Source: Chitinophagaceae bacterium
GTDB lineage: Bacteria > Bacteroidota > Bacteroidia > Chitinophagales > Chitinophagaceae
Length of the DNA: 64,000 nt
Reading direction: 5' to 3'
Assembly (NCBI GenBank): GCA_004028795.1
Contig: SAIW01000006.1
Span: 613,541 to 677,540 of the forward strand
Position numbers and translations under genes: made by a program. Numbering within the stretch: the first letter of the stretch is position 1; each line of letters starts with the position of its first letter. Below, one piece after another: positions 48,100 to 58,600 of this stretch. The notes below the pieces were generated by a model. It worked only from the letters and a program-made list of their open reading frames with translations, ran no database searches and was not told where the DNA came from.

Positions 48100-49077
48100 T
48101 TAATCAAATAAGCTTTTCTGCTTTTTTTCTGAAGTATCAACAAACTTTGGTTTAATTAAATCAAGGTTGCATGCTTCATTCATTTTATCAACCAAGTAAA
48201 CAGTCAATTCAGGTGATGTTGCTTCATCATGCATGTGCATAAAGAAATATAATTCTTCTAAACCCTTATCCAGCCAATGTTTCATTCGTTTAATCCATTC
48301 ATCAATTCTGGTATAATCAGTTTTATGTAAACTATTACCAACATACCTTATAAATGTTTTAGGAACAGTTAAATGCATATGAGCACATTCTCTTCTGCCT
48401 GCTGTGTCTGTAATAACAATGCCTATATTATTATCTTTTAAAAAACTATACAGTTCATTAGCAAGTTCATCTTTCAAAAACCAATCGGGGTGTCTTACCT
48501 CTAAAAAGAATTGCAAATCTTTTGGTAGCGATTTTAAATATGTAAATAATTCTTCTTTTCTTTTTGGTGAAAAACTATCGCTTACCTGCACGAATATTGG
48601 GCCCAAGTTTTCTTTAAAGGCAACAACACCTCTTAAGAATTCATCACTTAAAAATTTCTTATTTCCCAAACCACCAAAATGTGTTACACCTTTATACATT
48701 TTAGGGCAAAACTTAAAATCTTTTGCTACTGCTTTTTCCTTCCATTTTTCAATGGCTTTTTCGCCATATACTTTATAATGTGTTGCATTTAATTCTATGC
48801 AGTTATAATGTTGTACATAGTGTTGTAAAAAATCTTTCTCTTTTGTTTTTAAAGGATAAATTTTGCCCACCCATTCTTCTCTTCCCCATTTAGCACAGCC
48901 AACATAAACCTTTGCGTTTTTATTCTTTTTACCGCTTAGTATTTGTTTGTTGAATGATGGTTCTTTTGGCAATGAAAAGTCTATATTATCTAATTCATTT
49001 TCCGGTACTCTTCCGAATTCCATAGCAATAACATTTAATTTTTCGAATGTAAGATGAATAAAGAACAGAACGTTCAA
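48100..49077 (-). CDS. DUF72-family protein
   Basis: YVGCAKWGREEWVGKIYP pattern. Likely start at internal Met (MEFGRVP); the listed start abuts the repeat copy. Confidence 0.6.
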   Translation of the reverse strand: MNVLFFIHLTFEKLNVIAMEFGRVPENELDNIDFSLPKEPSFNKQILSGKKNKNAKVYVGCAKWGREEWVGKIYPLKTKEKDFLQHYVQHYNCIELNATHYKVYGEKAIEKWKEKAVAKDFKFCPKMYKGVTHFGGLGNKKFLSDEFLRGVVAFKENLGPIFVQVSDSFSPKRKEELFTYLKSLPKDLQFFLEVRHPDWFLKDELANELYSFLKDNNIGIVITDTAGRRECAHMHLTVPKTFIRYVGNSLHKTDYTRIDEWIKRMKHWLDKGLEELYFFMHMHDEATSPELTVYLVDKMNEACNLDLIKPKFVDTSEKKQKSLFD

Positions 49078-49091
49078 GTGTGCGACGCAAC
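49078..49091 (+). repeat. Copy d of dispersed intergenic repeat
   Basis: TCAAGTGTGCGACGCAACCACAGTTGAAT. Confidence 0.8.
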
Positions 49092-49265
49092 CACAGTTGA
49101 ATAAAGAGTTAAAAGCTTATTACCACTTAAAAACTATACCATAAGAACAAAAGCCTGTTAATATCCCGTTTAAGCTGTAAAAATCGCATGTGTTTTGCTT
49201 TGTTAATTCAGTTAATTTCGTTCACCTTTGCCACATTCACAAAAAATCTTAGGAATTAAAGTATA

Positions 49266-50291
49266 ATGGCACTATTTAATTTTTTAACACAGGAAATAGC
49301 AATGGATTTGGGCACTGCTAACACCCTGATTATACATGACGATGAAATTGTAGTTAACGAGCCCAGTATTGTTGCCCTGAACCGCAACAACCCGAAAGAA
49401 GTGCTTGCCGTAGGGAAAAAAGCTTTATTAATGCACGAAAAAACGCATGAAAGCATAAGAACGGTAAGGCCTTTAAAAGACGGGGTAATTGCAGATTTTA
49501 ATGCTGCCGAGTTAATGATTCGTGAGTTGATTAAGTTGGTTTATCCTAAAAAACCATTGTTTCCGCCAAGCTGGAGAATGGTAATTTGTATCCCTTCGTC
49601 TATTACAGAGGTTGAAAAACGTGCCGTAAGAGATAGTGCCGAACAAGCCGGAGCCAAAGAAGTGTATATGATTCATGAACCGATGGCTGCAGCTTTAGGT
49701 ATTGGTATTGATGTGGAAGAGCCTGTTGGTAATATGATTATTGATATTGGTGGTGGTACAACCGGTATTACCGTTATTGCATTGGCAGGTATTGTGTGCG
49801 ACCAAAGTATACGTATTGCGGGTGATGAATTTACTGCAGATATTATGGAAGCTCTTCGCCGTTACCATAGCTTATTAATTGGTGAACGTACTGCAGAACA
49901 GATTAAAATTAATGTGGGTGCTGCTATGAAAGATTTGGATAACCCACCGGATGATATACCTGTTAATGGTCGAGATTTGGTTACCGGTATTCCTAAACAG
50001 ATTATGGTAAGTTATCAGGAAATTGCCGAAGCTTTAGATAAAAGTATTTTTAAAATTGAAGAAGCTATATTAAAAGCTTTAGAAACTACTCCTCCTGAAT
50101 TAGCTGCAGATATTTACAGAAGAGGTTTATATTTAACAGGCGGCGGTGCATTGTTAAGAGGCTTAGATAAAAGGTTAAGTGCAAAAATTAAATTACCTGT
50201 ACATATTGCTGATGATCCATTAAAAAGTGTTGTTCGCGGTACAGGTTTAGCTTTAAAGAACTATCAGCGTTTTCCATTCATAATGAAATAA
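49266..50291 (+). CDS. mreB: Rod shape-determining protein MreB
   Basis: Actin-like ATPase motifs DLGTANTLI and DIGGGTT. Confidence 0.95.
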   Translation: MALFNFLTQEIAMDLGTANTLIIHDDEIVVNEPSIVALNRNNPKEVLAVGKKALLMHEKTHESIRTVRPLKDGVIADFNAAELMIRELIKLVYPKKPLFPPSWRMVICIPSSITEVEKRAVRDSAEQAGAKEVYMIHEPMAAALGIGIDVEEPVGNMIIDIGGGTTGITVIALAGIVCDQSIRIAGDEFTADIMEALRRYHSLLIGERTAEQIKINVGAAMKDLDNPPDDIPVNGRDLVTGIPKQIMVSYQEIAEALDKSIFKIEEAILKALETTPPELAADIYRRGLYLTGGGALLRGLDKRLSAKIKLPVHIADDPLKSVVRGTGLALKNYQRFPFIMK

Positions 50292-50342
50292 AAGTTTAAG
50301 ATACAAGCGTAAGGCTACAAGTTTTTTGCTGTGAAGAAAATA

Positions 50343-50368
50343 ACTTGAAACTTGAAACTTGAAACTTG
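50343..50368. repeat. 7-bp tandem repeat (AACTTGA) about 3.7 units
   Basis: AACTTGAAACTTGAAACTTGAAACTTG immediately 5' of the mreC start. Confidence 0.8.
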
Positions 50369-51229
50369 TTTGGTGTGAAGAACATTTTTCTGTTCATACG
50401 GCGTTTTTTTATTTTCATCTGCTTTATTGTATTGCAGATACTTTGCATTATTATGCTTGCCAAAAGCAGCAAAACACATGAAGCTTTTTTTGCAACTGCT
50501 ACCAACGAAGTAGTAGGTAAAGTTGATAAACAATATGCAGGCATTCACTCCTATTTTCATTTAAAAGAAATCAACCAGCAGTTAAGTGAAGAAAACGCAA
50601 GGTTGAATAACGCTTTGCGTGAAAACATTGCAGCACCCGACAGTACTAAGAAGTTTGTTATTGATACCACTACTATAGATAGTTTACGCAGGTACAGAAA
50701 ATTTTCCTATCTACCAGCTGCCGTTGTTGGTAATACAGTAACCTTTCAGAATAATTATCTTACATTAGAAAGAGGTGCAAAGCAAGGTGTTAAAAAAGGT
50801 ATGGCAGTAGTAAGTCCGCAAGGTATTGCCGGTGTTGTATTAGATGTAAGTGAAAATTATTGCAGGGTAATGAGCTTATTGCACAGAAACAGTAAGGTAA
50901 GTGCCATGCTTAAAAGAGATAATAATTTCGGAAGTGTAGAGTGGGATGGAAAAGACCCATCATTTCTTACATTAAGAAATATTTCAAAAGGTGCGAAGGT
51001 AGCTAAAGGAGATACGGTTGTTACCAGCACTTATTCAGCCAATTTCCCACCCAATATTATGATAGGAACTGTTGATGCTATTACCAGCGATCCTGCATCT
51101 AACTTCTATACATTAAAAATTAAAACTGCTACCAACTTCTTTACCATACAATATGTAAATATTATTGCCAATGCAAGGTTTACCGAACAAAATTTATTAG
51201 AAAGCTCTAAACCAAAAGGCAATGAGTAA
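50366..51229 (+). CDS. mreC: Rod shape-determining protein MreC
   Basis: N-terminal TM helix, coiled coil, beta-rich C-domain. Start is probably GTG 50375 or TTG 50366 (no ATG precedes the TM). Confidence 0.8.
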   Translation: MFGVKNIFLFIRRFFIFICFIVLQILCIIMLAKSSKTHEAFFATATNEVVGKVDKQYAGIHSYFHLKEINQQLSEENARLNNALRENIAAPDSTKKFVIDTTTIDSLRRYRKFSYLPAAVVGNTVTFQNNYLTLERGAKQGVKKGMAVVSPQGIAGVVLDVSENYCRVMSLLHRNSKVSAMLKRDNNFGSVEWDGKDPSFLTLRNISKGAKVAKGDTVVTSTYSANFPPNIMIGTVDAITSDPASNFYTLKIKTATNFFTIQYVNIIANARFTEQNLLESSKPKGNE

Positions 51230-51755
51230 TGTAGTAAAAAACATATTAAGGTTTATTTTGTTTTTATTAATGCAGATTTTTGTATTAAATAAAGTACCGC
51301 CATTACATCAATTTATTGTACCATATTTATATTTTTTATTTATTCTTTGGCTGCCTTTCAGCATTAACCGTTTTGCATTGTTACTTGTTTCATTTGTATT
51401 TGGTTTAACCTTAGACTATTTTACAGGAACTTACGGTTTGCATGCTGCCTGCTGTAGCTTAATAGCCTACATAAGGCCTTTTTTATTAAACCTTTTAATT
51501 CCGCAGGAAACAACAGAACAGAGTTACATAGAACCATCCATAAGAAGCATGGGCGGAGCACCATACAGCCTGTATGTGGTATTGCTTACATTTATTCACC
51601 ATTTTTATTTGGTATTAATAGAATGGCTGCAATTTGGCAATTTTGTTTTCTTTCTGGGCAAAGTAGCTGCTACAACAGGTATTAGTTTGCTACTCATTTT
51701 CGCAACTGAAATGTTTTTCTTCCGCAAAGCAAAATACCGTACTAACGCAGCATAA
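51222..51755 (+). CDS. mreD: Rod shape-determining protein MreD
   Basis: Small polytopic membrane protein that overlaps mreC by 8 nt. Confidence 0.75.
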   Translation: MSNVVKNILRFILFLLMQIFVLNKVPPLHQFIVPYLYFLFILWLPFSINRFALLLVSFVFGLTLDYFTGTYGLHAACCSLIAYIRPFLLNLLIPQETTEQSYIEPSIRSMGGAPYSLYVVLLTFIHHFYLVLIEWLQFGNFVFFLGKVAATTGISLLLIFATEMFFFRKAKYRTNAA

Positions 51756-51800
51756 TTTTTTGTTTACCGGCTTTCTGTTTTTCATGGCCTCGTTCCTTGC

Positions 51801-51838
51801 GTCGCACCTGCCTACCGGCAGGCAGGCACTTGTACAAA
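51801..51838 (-). repeat. Copy f of dispersed repeat, split by a 20-bp GC-rich palindromic insert
   Basis: TTGCGTCGCA, then CCTGCCTACCGGCAGGCAGG, then CACTTGTA (minus orientation). Confidence 0.65.
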
Positions 51839-51982
51839 AGCTTTTCATGGCAGCAAGCTTCATTCACATTACTGAATAACTTTTCGTAACATAAAAATGC
51901 AGCATATCAATGCAATGCATCAATTTTGTAGCAAGTGTTATTTTAAGTTTTACTTCAACGTTTTAGCCTTTACCTGTAAATT

Positions 51983-54073
51983 ATGTCTGTATTCAATCAA
52001 AGCCGCAGCAGAGTTATTCAAATCATATTCCTTACTGTATTCATCATTATTACTGTACAGTTAGTGCATTTGCAGGTTTTTTCGTCTAAATATAAAATGG
52101 CGGCAGAAAGCAATGCTATATTCAGAAAAGTTGTTTACCCGGATAGAGGTATCATCTTCGACAGAAAAAGAAGAGCCTTACTTCAAAATAATATCTCATT
52201 CGATTTAGTAGTAACGCCCGTTGAAACAAAAGGGTTAGATACTGTAGCACTATGTAATCTGTTAGGTATTGATACAGCAGAATATCGTAAAAGAATTAAA
52301 GAAATCATCTTTAAAAACACCGCTGTTCGTCCAAGCACTTTTGAAGCATTATTATCAGATGAAATGTATGCAAGGTTAAATGAAAACATGTACAAGTTTC
52401 CCGGCTTTATTTTAACTGAAAGAAAAGCAAGAACATATCCTTATAATATCGGTGCAAATATTCTCGGTTATATTGATGAAGTAGATACGGGCTTTTTAAG
52501 AAGACATAAAGATGAAGGTTATGAAAGCGGCGATTATGCAGGCAGAACAGGCTTAGAACGCTCATACGAAAAAATTTTAATGGGTCAACGTGGTGTAAAA
52601 AGATTTATTAAAGATAATAAAAGCCGTATTCAGGGTTCATATGAAAACGGTATGTATGATACCAATGCTGTTGCAGGCAAAAATCTATACACCAGTATAG
52701 ATGTGGATTTACAGGCAATGGGAGAAAAATTAATGACAAATAAAGTAGGTGCTATTGTTGCCATTAACCCCAAAACCGGCGGCATACTTTGTATGGTAAG
52801 TGCACCAACTTATAATCCCAATTATTTAACAGGTAGTGCAAGAAAAAAACATTGGGCAGATTTAGCGTTAGACCCTCGCTTACCTTTTAATAACAGGCCA
52901 TTAGGCAATATGTATTCGCCAGGTTCTACGTTTAAAACAGTATCAGGTATTATCGGTTTAACAGAAGGCGTAATAGATGAAAGAACAACCATTTCTTGCC
53001 CCGGTTATTTTACAGGTTGCGGTACAGGTAAACCCAAATGCTTAGATAAAGGCACATTCAGTTTTACGAGTGCTATTGCACATAGTGACAATACTTATTT
53101 TTCAACTGTATATAAAAGGTTATTAGATCAATCAAAATATGGTAGTGCAGATAGTGCACTATCCGCTTTTAATGAATATGCTTACACATTTGGCTTAGGG
53201 CATAAATTAGGCGTTGATTTGCCTTCGGAAAAAAACGGTAATCTTCCTGTAGGTAAACATTACAGAAAAATATTCGGCCCTAAATGGTATTCATGCAATG
53301 TTATTTCAAATGCAATCGGTCAGGGGGAAGTACAAACAACTTTACTTCAATTAGCCAATGTTATGGCTATCATTTCAAATAAAGGTTGGTATTATACACC
53401 CCATATTGTTGATTCAATTGAAGGTGGCGATGAATACGATATGTTAGCATCTTACAAAACAAAACACTATACAGATAAAAGAATACATGATTCCATTTAT
53501 GATGCGGTGCAGGATGGAATGCAAGCAGTAGTTGAATATGGCACTGCTGTTCGTTCAAAAATTCCGGGTATCATTATGTGTGGCAAAACAGGAACAGTAG
53601 AAAATTACGACCACGGAGTAAAACAACAAGATCATTCATTTTTTGGTGCATTTGCCCCGCGGGATAATCCGCAGATTGCCATTGCAGTAATGTGTGAAAA
53701 TGCAGGGCAGGGTGCATGGGCAGCGGCTCCTATTGCCAGTTTATTAGTTGAAAAATATTTAAGAGATTCTATTGCTGGACCTGAACGGCAAGCTATGCTG
53801 AAAGAGTTTGAAAATAAAAACCTTATCCCCCTACAAATGCGTTTAGCAATGGCAACCAGAGATTCTATCAAACAGGTGAAAGAAGCACAAAAAAGATTAC
53901 AGGAGAAAATCAATAAAGAAGCAATTGATTCAACAGATGATGAAGAAATTGCTCCTGAAATAAAGAATACCATTCCGGTAAAACCTGTTAAAGATTCCTC
54001 ACAAAAAAAGAAATCTACTGCAGTGGCAGCTATTTTAAATGATGAAGAAAAGAAAAAGAAACAAAAAGCATGA
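51983..54073 (+). CDS. mrdA: Penicillin-binding protein 2 (elongasome transpeptidase)
   Basis: STFK, SDN (HSDNTYF) and KTGT motifs; lysine-rich C-terminal tail. Confidence 0.9.
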   Translation: MSVFNQSRSRVIQIIFLTVFIIITVQLVHLQVFSSKYKMAAESNAIFRKVVYPDRGIIFDRKRRALLQNNISFDLVVTPVETKGLDTVALCNLLGIDTAEYRKRIKEIIFKNTAVRPSTFEALLSDEMYARLNENMYKFPGFILTERKARTYPYNIGANILGYIDEVDTGFLRRHKDEGYESGDYAGRTGLERSYEKILMGQRGVKRFIKDNKSRIQGSYENGMYDTNAVAGKNLYTSIDVDLQAMGEKLMTNKVGAIVAINPKTGGILCMVSAPTYNPNYLTGSARKKHWADLALDPRLPFNNRPLGNMYSPGSTFKTVSGIIGLTEGVIDERTTISCPGYFTGCGTGKPKCLDKGTFSFTSAIAHSDNTYFSTVYKRLLDQSKYGSADSALSAFNEYAYTFGLGHKLGVDLPSEKNGNLPVGKHYRKIFGPKWYSCNVISNAIGQGEVQTTLLQLANVMAIISNKGWYYTPHIVDSIEGGDEYDMLASYKTKHYTDKRIHDSIYDAVQDGMQAVVEYGTAVRSKIPGIIMCGKTGTVENYDHGVKQQDHSFFGAFAPRDNPQIAIAVMCENAGQGAWAAAPIASLLVEKYLRDSIAGPERQAMLKEFENKNLIPLQMRLAMATRDSIKQVKEAQKRLQEKINKEAIDSTDDEEIAPEIKNTIPVKPVKDSSQKKKSTAVAAILNDEEKKKKQKA

Positions 54074-55404
54074 GCAATAAAAGTAATGTATCGCAAGGTG
54101 TAGATTGGTTGCTCGTTTTAATGTACGCCTTATTATTGGGCACCGGTTTGCTTTGCATATTTATGGTTGAATATAAGCCTGACACAGATTGGATTGCATC
54201 ATTCTTAGGTGGTAAAACCAATTATAGCAAACAATTAATTTTTGTTGGTATTTGTGCAGTTGTTGCCACTTTTATTTTATTGGCAGACAGTAAATTGTTT
54301 ACCGCATTTGCCAACTTATTGTATGTTTTTGGTATACTCTTAATGATTTTAACTTTTTTTATTGGTAAAAACGTTAACGGTTCTAAAAGCTGGATTCCTT
54401 TGGGCGGTGGTTTTAACTTACAACCTGCAGAGCTTTGTAAAATTTTTACTGCATTGGCGTTGGCTAAATTTCTTTCTATGCAGGAAACAGATTTTACAAA
54501 ATTTAAATCGCAGTTAATCGGAGGGGCTATTGCATTAGCACCTGCCATGCTTTCTATCATGCAGAATGAAACAGGTTTAGCTTTGGTATACTTTTCTTTT
54601 TTTATTGTAATGTACAGAGAAGGTTTGCCACCCGGTTTACTTATTATTGGTTTTTCATTCGGCGTTTTAGTTGTTGCCACTTTAGTTGTTGAACCTAACC
54701 TGCTTGCCATTATACTTAGTGCTATTGCCGTTTTAATTATTTATTTATTAAGAAGACAGATTAAACGAAACAAAGCCGGCCTGTATGTTATTGTTGCTGT
54801 TTGGGCTGTATGTGTTGGTGTACAAAGATTTGCTGTGCCCTATATTTTTAATAATGTTTTTAAATGCTATCAAAGTACACGTATTTACAGCATGGTGGGT
54901 AAAGATTATGATTGCAGTTTAAACAAACATCAATCAAGCAAGAATGATAAACCTGCTAAAAAGCCCGATGATTATAATGTTCGCCAGAGTGAAATAGCTA
55001 TTGGTTCGGGAGGTATTTTAGGGAACGGATTTTTAAAAGGAACACAAACAAGAGGAAAATTTGTTCCTGCACAATCAACCGATTTTATTTTTACTTCGTT
55101 GGGCGATGCTTTCGGCTTTGCAGGTTGTTTTTTATTTCTGGCATTATATCTTTTAATGTTGTTCAGAATTATTCGTGTTGCAGAAAGGCAACGAAGTGTT
55201 TTCAGTCGTGTTTATGCGTACAGTGTTGCCAGTATTATTTTCTTTCATATAACAGTGAATGTTTGTATGACGATTGGATTATTTCCTATTATCGGTATTC
55301 CGTTGCCACTGATAAGTTATGGAGGTTCATCTCTATTAACATTTACCATTCTTATTTTTATTTTAATTCGCTTAGATGCTGACAGGCAAATGGTTTTACG
55401 ATGA
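54070..55404 (+). CDS. rodA: Rod shape-determining protein RodA (SEDS family)
   Basis: Ten TM segments; SEDS motifs (AIGSGGILGNGFLKGTQT, PLISYGGSS). Confidence 0.85.
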   Translation: MSNKSNVSQGVDWLLVLMYALLLGTGLLCIFMVEYKPDTDWIASFLGGKTNYSKQLIFVGICAVVATFILLADSKLFTAFANLLYVFGILLMILTFFIGKNVNGSKSWIPLGGGFNLQPAELCKIFTALALAKFLSMQETDFTKFKSQLIGGAIALAPAMLSIMQNETGLALVYFSFFIVMYREGLPPGLLIIGFSFGVLVVATLVVEPNLLAIILSAIAVLIIYLLRRQIKRNKAGLYVIVAVWAVCVGVQRFAVPYIFNNVFKCYQSTRIYSMVGKDYDCSLNKHQSSKNDKPAKKPDDYNVRQSEIAIGSGGILGNGFLKGTQTRGKFVPAQSTDFIFTSLGDAFGFAGCFLFLALYLLMLFRIIRVAERQRSVFSRVYAYSVASIIFFHITVNVCMTIGLFPIIGIPLPLISYGGSSLLTFTILIFILIRLDADRQMVLR

Positions 55405-55437
55405 TTTACAGTTGTTGCATAAAGCACAAAACGTACA

Positions 55438-55451
55438 AGAGTGCGACGCAA
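55438..55451 (+). repeat. Copy e of dispersed intergenic repeat (1 mismatch)
   Basis: TACAAGAGTGCGACGCAACGAAAGCTTAAT. Confidence 0.75.
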
Positions 55452-55510
55452 CGAAAGCTTAATAGCAGCACAAAAGCCGGTAACATAAATTTTATTCATT
55501 ACTTCGCAGC

Positions 55511-56251
55511 ATGAAAATTATTCCGCTTTCAGAGGGTGCTTTTACTATAGATAAAACAAAAATTTTTGTTCCGTTTAATTTAGAAAATGATGAACTGCAA
55601 GAGCGACCAGTTGGAAGTTTATTAGTTGAAGTGCAGCCTTTTATTGTTATAACACAAAAAGATATTTTATTAATTGATGCGGGTTTAGGTTTTACAAAAA
55701 ATAATGAATTACAAATTCATCAAAATTTAAAAGCAATTGGGTTACAACCTAAAGAGGTAACCAAAGTTTTAATGAGCCATTTACATAAAGACCATGCGGG
55801 TGGTATTAGCAAAAAAGACAGATTGGGTAATTATGAATTGGCTTTTATCAATGCCACTTATTATGTTCAGCAAAAGGAGTTTGAGTTTGCAACGGACAAG
55901 GGCTTTCCCAGTTATATGACCGAAGAAATTGCTGCATTACAAAACAATAAACAGGTGCAATGGCTAACAGATAATGAAGGTGTAATTGATGATTATATTC
56001 ATTATCAAATTACTGGTGCACACAGTCCGTTTCATCAGGTATTTTGGATTAAAGAAGAAAATGAAATTATTTTTTTTGGTGGCGATGATGCACCGCAATT
56101 GCAACAAATGAAAAATAAATTTATTGCCAAGTATGATTATGATGGTAAGAAATGTATGGAACTGAGACAGCAATGGTGGCAACAGGGGAAGGAAGAAGAC
56201 TGGCAGTTTTTATTTTATCATGACATTAAAACGCCTGTATTTAAACAATAA
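55511..56251 (+). CDS. MBL-fold metallo-hydrolase
   Basis: HLHKDHAGG metal-binding motif. Confidence 0.8.
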   Translation: MKIIPLSEGAFTIDKTKIFVPFNLENDELQERPVGSLLVEVQPFIVITQKDILLIDAGLGFTKNNELQIHQNLKAIGLQPKEVTKVLMSHLHKDHAGGISKKDRLGNYELAFINATYYVQQKEFEFATDKGFPSYMTEEIAALQNNKQVQWLTDNEGVIDDYIHYQITGAHSPFHQVFWIKEENEIIFFGGDDAPQLQQMKNKFIAKYDYDGKKCMELRQQWWQQGKEEDWQFLFYHDIKTPVFKQ

Positions 56252-56270
56252 GAATTTATGTAATTATTTA

Positions 56271-56663
56271 TTAGTGCTTGGCCTGCCTTTTTTCTAATTC
56301 TTTTTTTACTTCGGCTGCAAAATCTCTTTCTATTGTAAATACTTTATTTGCTCTTGCATCGGAGCCAAGAATTTTCTTAAACTCAATCAGATATCTTTTC
56401 TTAACGCCTAATACAGCTTCATCAGAAGCAATATCATTGTCTTTATTGTTTTGCCTTGCTGCCCTTAAATCATCAATATAATCGTAGTAAACAGGCCAAA
56501 ATTTTTGAGCCTCGGCCGGAGATAAATCTAATTCCTTCGTTATGTAAGCAATTTTTAACCCTTGCAGATTACTCATTCGTTGCGGAGGTTGCTCTGTTAC
56601 AGGCTGTTGTGCAAATGAGTTTACAAATACGCTAATAAATAATATGGTAAAAAGTTTCTTCAT
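56271..56663 (-). CDS. Secreted small hypothetical protein (last gene of ECF sigma operon)
   Basis: Signal peptide MKKLFTILFISVFVNSFAQ. Confidence 0.5.
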   Translation of the reverse strand: MKKLFTILFISVFVNSFAQQPVTEQPPQRMSNLQGLKIAYITKELDLSPAEAQKFWPVYYDYIDDLRAARQNNKDNDIASDEAVLGVKKRYLIEFKKILGSDARANKVFTIERDFAAEVKKELEKRQAKH

Positions 56664-56672
56664 CTAAATTAA

Positions 56673-57389
56673 TTAACTACCAACATTTAATTGTTGTTGA
56701 TCTGTATTTTTCTGGGTTTCATAGTTCTCATTAATATATTCCTGTAATTCTTCATCAGAAACAAATTGCATCTCTTGTTTTACATCTAAAGTTTCCGGAG
56801 CATTAATGTTGCTTGTAGTTTCTTCATTTGCTACTGCGGCAGGGTGTGCAATACTTAAACTTAAATAGTTCTGTAATTCTTCATCACTCACTTTATTTAT
56901 TTCATTAGTCAAATCAAAATTGCCTTTATGATTTGTGTACATATATGCTCCTGTAATTAAAACTCCCGTTATTACAGCTGCGGCAGCATAACTAATCCAT
57001 TTACTAACGAAACGAGTTGAAATACTTTTCACTTTATTTTCAACCTTAACAGCTTCTAAACTTTGTAACGAATTAAAGTAGTGTTGAGGAATTTTATAAA
57101 CGTTTTCTTTACTGAGTTTAGCCAAAAAAGGAGAAATTTCCTGTAGCTCTTCACTCACTTTTTGCTGATTGATTTTTCTTAATACTCTATCGGCAAAAGT
57201 GTTAAAATAATCGGCAGAAATTGTAAAAGTAGTACCACTAATCATAGCTAAAAATGCTTCAACAGAAATATTATCAGGTAAATTATCAAAATAATTTTCG
57301 GGCGTTTTGTACGGCATTTCACTTGAAATTGCTGCCAAAACGGGTGCAAAACCTTCTAACTCTTTCAATATCGTAGCTCTATTTTCCAT
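56673..57389 (-). CDS. Putative anti-sigma factor (single TM)
   Basis: Lies directly downstream of the ECF sigma gene; one TM helix (WISYAAAAVITGVLITGAYMY). Confidence 0.55.
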   Translation of the reverse strand: MENRATILKELEGFAPVLAAISSEMPYKTPENYFDNLPDNISVEAFLAMISGTTFTISADYFNTFADRVLRKINQQKVSEELQEISPFLAKLSKENVYKIPQHYFNSLQSLEAVKVENKVKSISTRFVSKWISYAAAAVITGVLITGAYMYTNHKGNFDLTNEINKVSDEELQNYLSLSIAHPAAVANEETTSNINAPETLDVKQEMQFVSDEELQEYINENYETQKNTDQQQLNVGS

Positions 57390-57434
57390 TTAAACTCTTA
57401 TAGACAGGCTTTTTACTGCTTCGTTTAATTATTT

Positions 57435-57980
57435 TTAATTGCTTTTAATAAAATCTTCAATTTTTTTTGCTGCATGATGGTAGCTTGCTTTTAAAGCCCC
57501 CTCACTGGTTTCAAGTATTTTACTCATTTCTTCATAAGGCATTTCATCGTAATAACGCAGGTTAAAAACCAACCGTTGTTTTTCGGGCAATTGCTGAATG
57601 GCTAATTGTAATTTCCATTCTAATTTGTTACTATTAAAATTATCATCTGCTTTTACCTTATTGCTTAAACCTGCTTCAACATCGCTTAAACTAACAGAAG
57701 ATTTCTTTTTCTGTTGTTCTAAGAAAGTTAAACATTCGTTGGTAGCTATCCTGTACATCCATGTATACAACTGACTATCTTCTCTAAAATTTTCCAGTCC
57801 TTTCCACACTTTAATAAAAACATTCTGTAACACATCATCTGCATCATCATGCACTACAACCATTCTTCTTATATGCCAGTACAATTTTTCCTGGTATTTT
57901 TTTATAATAAGAGTAAAGGCTTTTTCTTTTGTGGCAGGCTGTCGGAATTCGAACAATAATTCTTTATCGTCAATTAACAT
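57435..57980 (-). CDS. ECF-type RNA polymerase sigma-70 factor
   Basis: Region 2 (VFIKVWKGLENF...YTWMYRIATNECL) and region 4 motifs. Confidence 0.85.
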   Translation of the reverse strand: MLIDDKELLFEFRQPATKEKAFTLIIKKYQEKLYWHIRRMVVVHDDADDVLQNVFIKVWKGLENFREDSQLYTWMYRIATNECLTFLEQQKKKSSVSLSDVEAGLSNKVKADDNFNSNKLEWKLQLAIQQLPEKQRLVFNLRYYDEMPYEEMSKILETSEGALKASYHHAAKKIEDFIKSN

Positions 57981-58138
57981 GCAGGGAAATTAAATAATAA
58001 ACGCAAATGTAAGACTTAGTAATTCCTGAAAAGTTTAAACTCTTAAAGAAAACAAAAAACTTACCGGATTTTAAACTACTACACTAACAAAACATCAATT
58101 ATTGAAATAAATTTTTGACAATTTAAAAATGTAACGCC

Positions 58139-58570
58139 ATGAAAAAGTTTCTACTTGTTGCTGCTTTATTATCAGCAACATTTATCAGCTCACAAGCTCA
58201 AACAACTACATCAACTGATAAGAAAGAAGACATGAAAGACCTTCGAAAGGACATTAAGGACAGAAGAAAAGACAAAAAAGACATTAACGCAGATAAGAAA
58301 GATATCAGTGGTGATGTAAAGGATATCAAAGCACTGCAACAGCAACGTAAAGCTGAACTTGCTGCGGGAGATAAAGCCGGAGCAGCCGCTACTACCGCTG
58401 CAATTAAAAAAGAAAAGCAAGATGTAAATGCTGATAAAAAAGATGTAAATGCCGACAGAAAGGATATTCATGAAGACAACAAAGACATTCATAAAGATGT
58501 GAAGGATGCTAAAGCAGACGGTATTAAGCACCCTCATGAAAGAGCTGTTAGACAAATAAGAAAACACTAA
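58139..58570 (+). CDS. Secreted repetitive K/D-rich protein
   Basis: Signal peptide, then iterated (K/R)D(I/V)(K/N)xDKKD units. Confidence 0.55.
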   Translation: MKKFLLVAALLSATFISSQAQTTTSTDKKEDMKDLRKDIKDRRKDKKDINADKKDISGDVKDIKALQQQRKAELAAGDKAGAAATTAAIKKEKQDVNADKKDVNADRKDIHEDNKDIHKDVKDAKADGIKHPHERAVRQIRKH

Positions 58571-58600
58571 TTATTTTTTCGGGGATGATGTTCTGACATA

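Noticed and set aside
48100-49077. The ORF-caller start of the DUF72 gene at 49077
   Set aside because: It abuts the GC-rich repeat copy at 49078 and adds 18 non-conserved residues. The internal Met (MEFGRVP, about 49023) is the more plausible start.
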